Shown: in pieces, positions 38,593 to 48,873 of the stretch | How the letters are laid out: every line of letters begins with the position of its first letter | Numbering within the stretch: the first letter of the stretch is position 1 | Origin: an uncultured virus (IMG/VR IMGVR_UViG_3300042975_000037) | Taxonomy: Duplodnaviria > Heunggongvirae > Uroviricota > Caudoviricetes | IMG/VR virus record: IMGVR_UViG_3300042975_000037 | Reading direction: 5' to 3' (one strand) | Length of the DNA stretch: 64,000 nucleotides | Made by a program: the position numbers and the translations under genes | Notes under the pieces: generated by a model | Databases searched by the model: none | What the model saw: the letters and a program-made list of their open reading frames with translations, nothing else | Told to the model about the DNA's origin: nothing

Positions 38593-38755
38593 AATTATAA
38601 GTTTTAAATTGTTCTTTGTTCTTATTTCTAATACAAATATATATATAAATATGATAAGTTGTATCATATCAGTTGATAATTTAACTAATATTCATATATA
38701 TGTTTATTGTTTTAAGCCTTGTTAATAATAAACGTATATACGCTTATTATTAATT

Positions 38756-38781
38756 TACTTACATCTGCGCTATTGTAAGTA
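38756..38781 (+). promoter_or_regulatory. late-promoter palindrome, copy 1 (separated from its -7 box by ISL3)
   Basis: TACTTACA-N10-TGTAAGTA; with the IS removed, TAATTTTA (40158-40165) lies 40 nt downstream. Confidence 0.7.
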
Positions 38782-38788
38782 ATCTTAT

Positions 38789-40116
38789 GGTTCATCCGAC
38801 ATTTCGAGTGATACGGCAATCATGGAGGGCGTAAAGCCTTAGCATAAAATACCGTTCATCTCGGAATCCATATGCATTTCGTTTCATGACCTTGATCTTG
38901 TTATTAATGCCTTCGACTTTACCTGTAGAAATCTGGCAATCATACCAGGCCAAAATTCCACTTCTATATAGCATGAGCGTATTTGCCATCTTCACAAGTT
39001 GTGGAATTTTGCTTTCCCTTGCTTGCCTTACCCAGTCATATAGTACAGCTGAAGCCTGTTCCTTATTTGTTTGTGCCCAGATTTCTCTCATCTGCTCTTT
39101 CAAGTAGTAGGCTTTGGATAAAGGTTCATTCATGGCGAGCGCATTATCCAGCCGAGTCTTGTAATGCTTGTCAAATATATCCGCACCATTTCCTAAGAGC
39201 AGAAATCTTGTACCTTTAAGGACCTTGCGTTTATTGATATCCTTCTCCATAGCGTAAACCTTTCTTCTTATGTCGTCGAGATGTTCATTCATCAGCTTTA
39301 CAACATGGAAATGGTCGAATACATGCACAGCACTAGGACAGTTCTCAAGGACAGAAGCAATGAAAGCAGCAGACAGATCTGTTGCTATATGTTCTATCTT
39401 TACCTTATGTCGTTTGACCCTTTTCCAAAACTTTTTGAGAGCGTCAATTCCTTTTCCATCACCCACATAGAGTATCCTGCCCGAGTCAAGATCAACGACA
39501 ATAGTTTTGTATATATGACCCTTTCTAACAGCAAACTCATCAATGCCTATGTTCTTGACTCCTTTTAGGGAGGGCGGGCAATAGTGCCGCAATAGGTGGG
39601 TGGAATGTATCTCCTTTACCGTATTCCAAGAAATGCTCAGATGATTTGCAACATCCTGCAATGTCATTCCACGGAGGAGATCTACTACGTACTTGGCAAA
39701 TCGATGGGTATACGAGCGGCTGCCTGTAGCAAAAGGGATATTCTCCTGCTGATCGTAGTCACATCCTTCATTCCTGCACTTGTATCGTTGTACTTTCATA
39801 CGGATAAGAACTTTCTTGCCCCCGATTGGAAGACCGACAAAGTCTCTGATACGATATCCATTCTTGACCAAATGGAGTTTTCCGCATTTGGGGCATAAAA
39901 GTAATCGCTTTTTGCTTTGGACATGAAGAATAATTGTATTACCTTTGTATTCCTCTCTAGTACATTCGAGGCTGTAAAGCCCCCAAGCGTGATATAGAAA
40001 ACTGCTGTTCATTGTTATATATTTGTTTGTGGAAATTCAAATATACACAATAAATTCAGTAGTTTTCTTCTTTTTCCTACAATCTTCTATCTATCACTCC
40101 ATTTTTCGGAAGAACC
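38789..40116 (-). mobile_element. ISL3-family insertion sequence
   Basis: TIRs GGTTCATCCGA / GGTTCTTCCGA; 8-bp TSD AATCTTAT at 38781-38788 and 40117-40124. Confidence 0.92.
38792..40012 (-). CDS. ISL3 transposase
   Basis: CPKCG zinc finger, IGIDEF, FDHFHVVK, STGKVEGINNKIKVMKRNAYGFRD. Confidence 0.95.
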   Translation of the reverse strand: MNSSFLYHAWGLYSLECTREEYKGNTIILHVQSKKRLLLCPKCGKLHLVKNGYRIRDFVGLPIGGKKVLIRMKVQRYKCRNEGCDYDQQENIPFATGSRSYTHRFAKYVVDLLRGMTLQDVANHLSISWNTVKEIHSTHLLRHYCPPSLKGVKNIGIDEFAVRKGHIYKTIVVDLDSGRILYVGDGKGIDALKKFWKRVKRHKVKIEHIATDLSAAFIASVLENCPSAVHVFDHFHVVKLMNEHLDDIRRKVYAMEKDINKRKVLKGTRFLLLGNGADIFDKHYKTRLDNALAMNEPLSKAYYLKEQMREIWAQTNKEQASAVLYDWVRQARESKIPQLVKMANTLMLYRSGILAWYDCQISTGKVEGINNKIKVMKRNAYGFRDERYFMLRLYALHDCRITRNVG

Positions 40117-40194
40117 AATCTTATGTCTTTCAGTCTCTATAAGATATGTATTGTCACTAATTTTACAAGTGATGTTTAATTTAATTGTAAGATT

Positions 40195-40368
40195 ATGGCA
40201 AAACAAAGAGGTAGTCGTGTGACTGCTTATTCAACAAGCAATTATCGTGGTGGCAGGCGAGGTCTGACAAACTCTACTACGGGCAGGGTATCAAACGGCG
40301 GACGGTATATGAGCCGTCGGGGTGTATATGGGCAGGTACGTAGGTCTTTAGGTATGTCGGGCGGATGA
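40195..40368 (+). CDS. 57-aa Arg/Gly-rich peptide ending in Gly-Gly
   Basis: MAKQRGSRVTAYSTSNYRGGRRGLTNSTTGRVSNGGRYMSRRGVYGQVRRSLGMSGG*; ATGA overlap with the next gene; below the ORF-track cutoff. Confidence 0.75.
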   Translation: MAKQRGSRVTAYSTSNYRGGRRGLTNSTTGRVSNGGRYMSRRGVYGQVRRSLGMSGG

Positions 40369-41054
40369 CAAAGTTATTATCATCTGTAGGCGCAATCAAG
40401 AGGGTAGCGGATAAGACAGATTCCGTTATCCTCTTCGACAGTACCGGTAAGGACAGTCTTGTGACGCTTGACCTTATCTATCCGTATTTCAAGAGAATTG
40501 TCTGTGTGTTCATGTACTTTGTCAAGGGGCTGGAGCATGTAGACCGTTATCTACGCTGGACGAAGGCCAGATACCCGAAAGTAGAGATTGTTCAGATACC
40601 CCACTGGAATCTGACGTACGTATTGCGTGGTGGTCTTTATTGCGTTCCTGATCCTAAGATGAAACTTCTCAAACTGAAAGACATTGTGTATGCCATGAGA
40701 CTGAGGTTCGGTATACACTATGTGTTTTTAGGAATGAAGAAGGCAGATTCAATGAACAGGCGCCTGATGCTTATGACCTATCAGAATTGCGAGAACAACG
40801 GGCTTGTATACCCTCTTTCGGAGTGGACGCAGAAGGATATATTAGCGTATATGCGTCAGAATAACTTGCCACAGCCGATAAGGTATAATCCTGATAAACC
40901 ATCTTCGGGCGTAGGGCTTAATCTTGACTGTTTCCTGTGGATGAGAAAGAATGCTCCACTTGATTTACAGAAAGTCCTGAAAACGTTCCCGATGTCGGAA
41001 AGAATATTGGACGAATATGATTATCAGCAAGGAAAGGAGAAAACAAATAAATGA
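40365..41054 (+). CDS. PAPS-reductase-family / PP-loop adenine-nucleotide hydrolase
   Basis: VILFDSTGKDS PP-loop, GMKKADSMNRR, YPLSEWTQKDILAY. Confidence 0.85.
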   Translation: MTKLLSSVGAIKRVADKTDSVILFDSTGKDSLVTLDLIYPYFKRIVCVFMYFVKGLEHVDRYLRWTKARYPKVEIVQIPHWNLTYVLRGGLYCVPDPKMKLLKLKDIVYAMRLRFGIHYVFLGMKKADSMNRRLMLMTYQNCENNGLVYPLSEWTQKDILAYMRQNNLPQPIRYNPDKPSSGVGLNLDCFLWMRKNAPLDLQKVLKTFPMSERILDEYDYQQGKEKTNK

Positions 41055-41791
41055 GTGAGATTTCAAAATATATCAAGAGTACCCCAGTGGTACTGAACCG
41101 TTCGCAGATACACTTTGCATCCTATAATCCCCGTACAATCTCTGATGAGGGCCGTAAGTCGTTGAAGCGAGGGATAAAGAAGTTCGGTATGCTCGGCGGA
41201 ATAGTAGTCAACAAGACTACAGGTTATACAATCGTTTCCGGCCACCAGCGTGTTTCTGTGATGGATGAATTGCAGAAGTACGATGAAAAGACAAAGGCAA
41301 ATGACTATACTCTTCGTGTTGACCTTATTGAGGTTGATGAGAAGGGCGAAAAGGAGTTGAATATTCTCCTAAATAATCCTAATGCGCAGGGCGAGTGGGA
41401 CTACGATAAGATGCGTGAACTTATTCCCGACATTGACTATAAGGACGCCGGCCTTAATGAGTCTGACCTGAGTCTGATAGGATGTGACCAGCTATTCAAG
41501 ACCGAAGAGGAAAACAATATCTCTGATGAGATTGAGAAGATGCAAGAGCCTGTTAAAGAGCAGAAGGAACAGGAGAAGGCTGCAAAGGCCGAGCACATGA
41601 AGGCCGTCAAACAGGAGGTCCGTGAATCGGCAGACAAATCGGCGGCGAACATGGACGCATACATCATGTTATCCTTTGACAGCAATGACAGTAAGATAGC
41701 TTTTTGCAAGAAGTACGGTCTTGATCCTGATAACAAGTTTATCAAGGGCGAGGATTTCGACCATATCATTGATGATGTAATAGAAGGGTAA
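41051..41791 (+). CDS. ParB/Srx N-terminal domain protein
   Basis: YNPRTI..LKRGIKKFG..IVVN..IVSGHQRV..EKELNILLNN. Confidence 0.85.
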   Translation: MSEISKYIKSTPVVLNRSQIHFASYNPRTISDEGRKSLKRGIKKFGMLGGIVVNKTTGYTIVSGHQRVSVMDELQKYDEKTKANDYTLRVDLIEVDEKGEKELNILLNNPNAQGEWDYDKMRELIPDIDYKDAGLNESDLSLIGCDQLFKTEEENNISDEIEKMQEPVKEQKEQEKAAKAEHMKAVKQEVRESADKSAANMDAYIMLSFDSNDSKIAFCKKYGLDPDNKFIKGEDFDHIIDDVIEG

Positions 41792-41798
41792 GAAGATT

Positions 41799-42392
41799 AT
41801 GGCAAAACCACGGCATGATTATGACTCAAACGATTTCTACGAACTGATACGTCAGCTTGCAATGAACGGGTTTACTGATAAGGAGATAGCTCACCACCTT
41901 AACTTAGAGCCTGACACTTTCGGCGCAATGAAAAACGGAAGCTATGAGTCCTGGTCAGCAGCAAAAAACAGAAAACGTGGTAAGCGTATCATCGGGGTGT
42001 TGACATCCGCGCGCTCGAATGTAGTAGCCGGAGTGCGGAGTGCTTTTATCCGTTCAGCCCTTGGTGGCAAGATAATACATAGCAAGACGAAGAACTATGT
42101 CAGACAGAGATGTAAGTGTAATGGCAATGATCCGAATTGTCCCTATTGCGGTGGTACAGGGTGGATAACGCTTACCGATAAGGCTGTAGTGACGGAGACA
42201 GAGACGGAGCTTGCCCCGAATACTCGTGCGCAGGGCACACTCCTTTTCCATTATGATCTTGACTGGCGGAAGGTAGAAAGGAATCAGGATGAGGATGAAG
42301 ATAAGAATAATATCAGTCATGGTGTAGACATCTCGAAGTGGATAGCCGAAGAGACGAAAGATACGGAGAAGAGCGATGATAAAGACGCATAA
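41799..42392 (+). CDS. terminase small subunit (HTH plus Cys4 insertion)
   Basis: GFTDKEIAHHLNL HTH; CKC..CPYCGGTG; ELAPN; directly upstream of the large subunit. Confidence 0.7.
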   Translation: MAKPRHDYDSNDFYELIRQLAMNGFTDKEIAHHLNLEPDTFGAMKNGSYESWSAAKNRKRGKRIIGVLTSARSNVVAGVRSAFIRSALGGKIIHSKTKNYVRQRCKCNGNDPNCPYCGGTGWITLTDKAVVTETETELAPNTRAQGTLLFHYDLDWRKVERNQDEDEDKNNISHGVDISKWIAEETKDTEKSDDKDA

Positions 42393-43665
42393 ATGTTATT
42401 TGCCTTTGTATTCTGATAAGAAACATTTTATCATTCTTATCACTGGCGGACGTGGGAGCGGAAAATCCTTCGCCCTTTCAACCTTTGCCGAGCGCCTTAC
42501 TTTTGAGTTGTTCAAGGATGAGTCAAGGAAGGTAGCAAGGAAAGTCGTTCATAATATCCTGTATACTCGTTATACGATGGTCTCTGCCAATATCTCAATT
42601 ATTCCTGAGTTCCTCGAAAAGGCAGAATTTGACGGTACGAGCAGATTTTTCCATGCTACAAAGACAGACGTGATCAACAAGCTCACGGGCTCTAAGATCA
42701 TGTTCCGTGGTATCAAGACCTCTTCAGGTAATCAGACGGCCAAACTGAAATCCATTCACGGTATTACTACATTCATCGTTGACGAAGCCGAGGAGTGGGC
42801 ATCGGAGAAGGAGTTTGAGACTATTATGCTCTCAATCCGCCAGACCGGTATACAGAACAGAATCATCATTATTATGAATCCTACTGACAATAATCACTGG
42901 GTTTATAAGAGATTTATAGAAAAGACACATAAGGAAGTGATGTATGACGGTGTGTCCGTTCAGATCAGCACTAATCCGAATGTGCTTCACATTCATACGA
43001 CCTACCTCGATAATCTGGAAAACCTATCTCCGGAGTTTCTGAAAGAAGTAGAAGAGATGAAAGTCAATGATCCGGAGAAATACGCACATACCGTCATTGG
43101 CCGTTGGGCAGATGTTGCCAAGGGTGCCGTGTTCAAGCATGTGAGTGTAGTACGGGAGTTTCCGAAGTGGTGCAAGCATGTTGCAGTTGGTCAGGACTTT
43201 GGCTATACTAATGATCCGTCTGCTTCCATTAGATGCGGAGTTATAGGCAACGACTTGTATCTTGATGAGATAGACTACCGTACAGGATTACTTTCGAGTG
43301 ACATCATAAAGGTATTACGGCCTTATGGACTGAAAGTCATTGCCGACAGTGCGGACCCACGGCTTATACAGGAGATACACAACGGTGGTGTGAAGATTTA
43401 CCCGGTTGAGAAAGGTCCGGGATCTATCAACGCCGGAATAGATAAGATGCAGAGCATGAATATCTTTGTTACCGAACATTCGTATAATCTCCGGAAGGAG
43501 TTCAGAAACTACGTCTGGGCGAAAGACAAAGACGGTAATTATATCAATGAGCCTGAGGATCATGATAACCACGGCATAGACGCTGCGAGATATTATATTC
43601 TGGGCGAACTATTGGGGAGAATACAGAAGCCACGAATTGACATTGCAGCGGCTTTCGCAAGATAA
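42376..43665 (+). CDS. terL: terminase large subunit, PBSX family
   Basis: GGRGSGKS, VDEAEE, MNP, GQDFGYTNDP, DSADP, NHGIDAARY. Confidence 0.95.
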   Translation: MIKTHKCYLPLYSDKKHFIILITGGRGSGKSFALSTFAERLTFELFKDESRKVARKVVHNILYTRYTMVSANISIIPEFLEKAEFDGTSRFFHATKTDVINKLTGSKIMFRGIKTSSGNQTAKLKSIHGITTFIVDEAEEWASEKEFETIMLSIRQTGIQNRIIIIMNPTDNNHWVYKRFIEKTHKEVMYDGVSVQISTNPNVLHIHTTYLDNLENLSPEFLKEVEEMKVNDPEKYAHTVIGRWADVAKGAVFKHVSVVREFPKWCKHVAVGQDFGYTNDPSASIRCGVIGNDLYLDEIDYRTGLLSSDIIKVLRPYGLKVIADSADPRLIQEIHNGGVKIYPVEKGPGSINAGIDKMQSMNIFVTEHSYNLRKEFRNYVWAKDKDGNYINEPEDHDNHGIDAARYYILGELLGRIQKPRIDIAAAFAR

Positions 43666-43675
43666 ATTGAATATT

Positions 43676-45196
43676 ATGGTTATAACAGGAACATCAGCAA
43701 CAACACCATCAACCTTGGAAGAGGTTTTGGCCCTTCCGAATGAGGAAATGAAAATATATTATCTCATGCACGGGCGGAGGTTTCCGAATCCTGATCCTCT
43801 TGCACTGTTAAGGGACTGGGATCCTCGCCGGCATAAGATCATGGATCCTAATGAGTACAAGAAAATACGGGTGCTTAAAAAACCGGCATGGGTAGAATAT
43901 GATGACAATACGAAAACATCTGTTCAGCATTCTAATGAATATGAAGAAAAAGAGCCGAACAGGATTGCACTTCCTATAGAACAGGATCAGGTGAATATTC
44001 ATACGGCCTTTACTGTCGGCACCGAGCCGACTTTAGACTGTACACCGGCAGATGATAGCGAAAGTGCATTGTTAGGCTGTGTCAAGAGAGTTTTCAACAC
44101 CAACAAGCTGAAGTATCAGAACCGGCAGATAGTCCGCTCATGGCTTTCTGAGACAGAGGTGGCGGAATACTGGTATATTGTTCCTGACGACGGGTTCTGG
44201 CCAAAGCTGAAGAAGAAATATCCTGATGTATTCGGTAATGTGCCACCGATGTATAAGTTAAAGTGCCAAGTATGGTCGCCTTTTCGGGGAGATACTCTTT
44301 ATCCGTTTTATGATGATGGGGGGAATCTTGTTGCGTTCTCACGTAGATATAAGACAGTTGACCTTTCGGGGGCGGAGCATGAATGTTTCATGACCGTCAC
44401 TGATACGATGGTATATCAGTGGGATTTGAGCAAAACATGGCAGCCGAATTCCGTTCGTACTTTTAAGCATGGATTTACAAAGTTGCCGGTTATCTATGCT
44501 CACAGGCCGAACACGCTTTGCGAGAAGATACGTCCTATCAGGGAGCGTCTTGAAAAGTGTCTGTCTGGCTATGCTGATTGTATTGATTTCCATTTCTTCC
44601 CGATCTTAATGTTGTTCGGAGACTTGGATAATGTGAAGAATACTGATATGCGTAATCGTATTATGCAGATGACTGGTACTGATGCTAAGGCTGAATATCT
44701 TACATGGGATCAGGCGTCCGATCCCGTAAAGGTAGAGATTGATACTTATTTTAACCAGGCATACGCTCTGACAAATACACCACGTATCTCTTTTGATCAG
44801 ATTAAGGGTACAACCGCCCTTAGCGGTGTGGCATTCCGATATGTCTTTATGGGCATCCACGCAGCTGTCGAGAATCATGCAGAGGAGCTTGGCCCGTTCT
44901 TTCAACGCAGGGTAAACTTCATTATATCGGCCCTTGGTTCAATCAACACGACTCTTTGGCAACCATCAAAGACTCTGGAGATTAACACGGAGATTGTGCC
45001 ATATATCATTGATTCTGTTGATGATAAGGTTACGACTGCTGCCAAGGCTGTTGAAGGTGGCGTATGGTCAACGGAGCATGGTGTGGCTTTCTGCTCTGAC
45101 TATGGTGAGACCAAAGATGAGGTGGAGCAGATTATGGAAGAGAAGCAGAAAACCGCACAACCTACGGATGACAATGGCCAGCAGACCGGAAAATGA
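43676..45196 (+). CDS. SPP1-like portal protein
   Basis: ~506 aa after terL; HGFTKLPVIY, AEYLTW, LSGVAF. Confidence 0.85.
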   Translation: MVITGTSATTPSTLEEVLALPNEEMKIYYLMHGRRFPNPDPLALLRDWDPRRHKIMDPNEYKKIRVLKKPAWVEYDDNTKTSVQHSNEYEEKEPNRIALPIEQDQVNIHTAFTVGTEPTLDCTPADDSESALLGCVKRVFNTNKLKYQNRQIVRSWLSETEVAEYWYIVPDDGFWPKLKKKYPDVFGNVPPMYKLKCQVWSPFRGDTLYPFYDDGGNLVAFSRRYKTVDLSGAEHECFMTVTDTMVYQWDLSKTWQPNSVRTFKHGFTKLPVIYAHRPNTLCEKIRPIRERLEKCLSGYADCIDFHFFPILMLFGDLDNVKNTDMRNRIMQMTGTDAKAEYLTWDQASDPVKVEIDTYFNQAYALTNTPRISFDQIKGTTALSGVAFRYVFMGIHAAVENHAEELGPFFQRRVNFIISALGSINTTLWQPSKTLEINTEIVPYIIDSVDDKVTTAAKAVEGGVWSTEHGVAFCSDYGETKDEVEQIMEEKQKTAQPTDDNGQQTGK

Positions 45197-45228
45197 TATG
45201 TTTTCTTCATGTTTTTTATGCATTGTCG

Positions 45229-45265
45229 ATGGTGATTGCTCGTGATGAGTGACCGCCATTTTTTA
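45229..45265 (+). terminator. terminator hairpin after portal
   Basis: ATGGTGATTGCTC-GTGAT-GAGTGACCGCCAT followed by a T-run. Confidence 0.55.
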
Positions 45266-45266
45266 T

Positions 45267-45341
45267 TATTTACAATGAAGGCCGTTGTAAGTAGCATGGC
45301 GTCAAATCACTTCTATACCTCTATACCCTTTTGTAACTTTG
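45267..45341 (+). promoter_or_regulatory. late promoter, copy 2 (head genes)
   Basis: TATTTACA-N11-TGTAAGTA, 40 nt, TAACTTTG (45334). Confidence 0.7.
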
Positions 45342-45368
45342 TTAAAAGTTTACAAAAAGGAAAATTCT

Positions 45369-46049
45369 ATGAATATCTATGAACAGATTCTTGCGGGTCT
45401 CAAAACCAAGTTCAAAGGGGTTGAGGACGCTACGCTCCAGCGGATCGCTACGAACAAATCCGAAGGGGTCACGGACGAGAAGCAGGTTACGGCTATTATA
45501 GACGGGATCAGCTTTCAGGACGTGTTACGGAGTTACGGTGACTACCGGGCAGATGATGCACAGAAGACCGCAGTCAAGAGCTACGAGAAAAAGTACAATA
45601 TCAAGGACGGGAAAGCTGTTGAGGATCCTACTAAAAAAGTTGAGCCTACGCCACCTAAGAAGTCGGAAGAAAAGACAGAACCTTCTCTGGCCGAACAGAT
45701 TGCCGGTGCGGTTACTGCTGCAATGAAGCCGATAAATGATCAGATTACTGCAATGAACGCAAAGACACAGGCGCAGGAATGGAACGCAAAGATAGACGAG
45801 GCTGCAAAAAGCTTTGGAATCCCTGAGTTCGCATACAAAGGCAAGACTATTGATCCTCAGACCGACCTCAATAAGTATTTCGTTGATTTGAAGCAGGAAA
45901 TGACCAATTCTGGATTTCAGTTCGCCAAGGCCCCACAGACAGCCAAGGAAGAGCAAAAGACGGATACGGATAATATTGCCAAGCAGATCAATGATGGTAC
46001 CAAGGAAATTGTAGAGAAAAGAGAATCTGTCGAAGAACCTAAAAAATAA
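45369..46049 (+). CDS. capsid scaffolding protein
   Basis: Charged, helical; positioned between portal and capsid genes. Confidence 0.6.
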   Translation: MNIYEQILAGLKTKFKGVEDATLQRIATNKSEGVTDEKQVTAIIDGISFQDVLRSYGDYRADDAQKTAVKSYEKKYNIKDGKAVEDPTKKVEPTPPKKSEEKTEPSLAEQIAGAVTAAMKPINDQITAMNAKTQAQEWNAKIDEAAKSFGIPEFAYKGKTIDPQTDLNKYFVDLKQEMTNSGFQFAKAPQTAKEEQKTDTDNIAKQINDGTKEIVEKRESVEEPKK

Positions 46050-46068
46050 TTTTTAAAAAGATTGAATT

Positions 46069-46653
46069 ATGGCAGGATGGAAGTATAATATTACTCCGCC
46101 GGATGAGCAGGAAGAGCGTTATGATGTTTCTTCCGGCAGACGTCGGATAGGAGCTTTTGTTCTTAATGTGAATGGGCTTGCGCTCGACTCTTACGTTCCT
46201 TCATTTACTCCGATTTGTGCAGACCTCGTAAAGAAAACGGCTGCAATCGTAGTGAACTGCAAGGTAGTGGAGGATGCAGTGGCTACAGCTACGAACATCA
46301 AGATTGCAAAAGGCTCTTATGTGGTTTCCGGGACTATTCTCGGTAATGGATCGGCAGGAGCAACAGTAGACTCTATTGATAAAACCAATGCAGATTATGA
46401 TGTTGTTACATTGAAGGCTGCATTTGGAGCAGCACTCTCTAATGGAGATGTTCTTTTCACGGCAAAGACTACGGCAGGAAAGGCCCAAAGTATCGTCGCA
46501 AATTCCGCACTCTTTGAAAATCACAAGGTAACTTCTGGTATCAACAATGTTGCACTTCTGATGAAGGCATTTGACATTGAGCCGGATAAGCTGGTTACAC
46601 CGTTCTCTGCAAATGACAAAGCTAACTTGCCTTATTTTCAGTTTAACGAATAA
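46069..46653 (+). CDS. head decoration / head fibre protein
   Basis: Ala/Thr-rich, immediately before the major capsid gene. Confidence 0.55.
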   Translation: MAGWKYNITPPDEQEERYDVSSGRRRIGAFVLNVNGLALDSYVPSFTPICADLVKKTAAIVVNCKVVEDAVATATNIKIAKGSYVVSGTILGNGSAGATVDSIDKTNADYDVVTLKAAFGAALSNGDVLFTAKTTAGKAQSIVANSALFENHKVTSGINNVALLMKAFDIEPDKLVTPFSANDKANLPYFQFNE

Positions 46654-46674
46654 AAGCAGAAAGGAGAATAAATT

Positions 46675-47793
46675 ATGGAATTGACAATACAAGCGCTGTT
46701 CAATGAGCCACAGATCGTAGATGCAATCATCAACCGTGTCATGCAGACCCGGAAGGATACAATCTATTGGCAGCAATATCTTGATTTCAGACCAGTAACC
46801 ACCCGTGTGTGGAAAAGCTATATCGGCACAGTCAGTGGCGTTATGGCAGGTTCAATCAACTCACAGTATGGCCGTAAGCCTATTCGTGAACGCCGTAATA
46901 TCGGTTATGGCTATGGTGAAATTGCTTACCTCGGAGACCGCTATCAGATTTCTGTTGACCGTCTGAGTGATTTGCAGGATCTGATCGATAAATACAATGC
47001 TGCTAATGCCACAGGACAGGTTTCTGCATTGAATGACATTATCAACTTTATTTATGATGACTATCGTCAGACCTCGCTCGCAGCCCACAAGCGCATGGAT
47101 CTTGTTGTAGGCGATCTGCTTATGACAGGAAAGGCAGAAGTGAGAAACAAGGATGCAGCCGTGAATACGCAGAATGCCACTCCGTTGCTGGATATTGACC
47201 TTCCTCTTAATACTCTCACGCCGACAAAGGCTGATGTTACGAGTGACAGCAACGTGAAGTTCATTACATGGCTGATGAACAAGGTGGACGAACTCAAGCC
47301 TGATTATGGGACTTACCAGAAGATGATCATGAGCCGTGGAACATTCGTTAAGAATATCATTGGTTCAAGTGAATTCGGAGATAAGTTCAAGATGCAACTT
47401 TCTCAAAATGAACTGTATGTTTCCACAGGTCTTGTAACCTCTCAACTGGCATCACAGATGTTCACAGGTATCGGACTTCCCGCAATCGAGATCAAGGACG
47501 ATTATGTTAAGGATCAGACCAAAAAGAACGTACCAGTATATGCAGATGGTCATATTACCCTTTTGCCACAGGATAAAATCGGGTATATGCGCTATCATAC
47601 TCCTTATGAAGTCAAAGATCCTGTTCCGGGAATCAACTATCGTCCGACAGGTAAGGATAACGGTGATATGGCCATAGGCGCAAGTCATGATGAGAATGGC
47701 AGGTATCTTGAGTATACCGCAGAGTGGATTCCGGAGTTTGCGGATCCGACTACCATCACTACCATTGACCTTTCAGCCATTAATGCAGCATAA
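46675..47793 (+). CDS. major capsid protein (lambda E-like)
   Basis: 372 aa; position in the head module. Confidence 0.75.
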   Translation: MELTIQALFNEPQIVDAIINRVMQTRKDTIYWQQYLDFRPVTTRVWKSYIGTVSGVMAGSINSQYGRKPIRERRNIGYGYGEIAYLGDRYQISVDRLSDLQDLIDKYNAANATGQVSALNDIINFIYDDYRQTSLAAHKRMDLVVGDLLMTGKAEVRNKDAAVNTQNATPLLDIDLPLNTLTPTKADVTSDSNVKFITWLMNKVDELKPDYGTYQKMIMSRGTFVKNIIGSSEFGDKFKMQLSQNELYVSTGLVTSQLASQMFTGIGLPAIEIKDDYVKDQTKKNVPVYADGHITLLPQDKIGYMRYHTPYEVKDPVPGINYRPTGKDNGDMAIGASHDENGRYLEYTAEWIPEFADPTTITTIDLSAINAA

Positions 47794-47795
47794 TT

Positions 47796-48867
47796 ATGAC
47801 GGCAAATGATTATATCTCTCAGAAGTTTCAGTCCTTCGGCATCAGTTTGCCGGAGGCTGAGCTTCTTGACATTCAGCTTTCTTCCGGAGAAAGTGCTGAT
47901 GCGGATGTGTCGAAAAGCAATCTCACACCCATAAACGTGGCTATCGTGAGATACATTCCAACACTTCTTTTGAGATATAATTCACACTCCGTGTCAGAAA
48001 ATGGTTTCTCTCGGTCGATGAGCTGGGACACGCAGGGGATAAGGGACTATTATTCTATGGCGTGTAAGCAATATGGGCTGAAAGATGAGTTGAATCAGAA
48101 AGCGAGGATAAGTTTCTTATGATGGAATGCGCTCCACATACATTGATGAAAGAGACGGTTTCTAAACCGCAGTACGACCAGTACGGCCGGCAGGTTTCAG
48201 AAGGGGAAAAGACGTGGATGGAAGTGTGCAAATGTTTCTGTCACGATAACTCACAGATGAAACAGGTCGCTGTCAACGGTGAATTATGGACTTACAGCTA
48301 TCATGTAGTATATGAGGGTGCTAAGATACCTCTTAATACTCACGTGAAATGTGTGGACTCTGAAGGAAATGTTATCGGAGAGGGTAATGTAAAGAAGAAT
48401 GCCGAGTGCTATTCTGACGAACTTAAAGGAATGTGTGACATCTGGCTATGATTGTAACTACCGATATTGAGGATATTATACTTGCTGCCTGTCAAGGCTT
48501 CGGAATCAGCAAGACCACTACCGAGACGCCGATTGTCGACGACACTATGAACAGCGGACTTACTGAGGAGATGATCATCATCCATGCGAAGGCGCAGCAG
48601 GACGGAAAGTACTGGCTTCCTTCATTTGTCGAGGTCAATGTCTGTGTGCCTGATCTAAGAGATGAGAACAATCACCTTAACAGGAACAGGAACAGACTGA
48701 ACACTCTTGAGAGGATGGCCGAGGAAATATTCCTTAAATCGGTTGCAGGCGTTCATGACGGAACGAGTTATACTTATTCCCGGTACTCTATAGGCATTGA
48801 GGCTGATAGTAACTTCAAATGTCATTATGTGAATTGTAGATTATTGTTTAATGTTTTAAATGTTTGA
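47796..48867 (+). CDS. three head-tail joining/tail-terminator genes (47796-48122, 48119-48451, 48448-48867)
   Basis: Sizes 108-139 aa, ATGA-coupled; SVSENGFSRSMSW adaptor motif; YDQYGR head-closure motif. Confidence 0.65.
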
Positions 48868-48873
48868 TTTATT

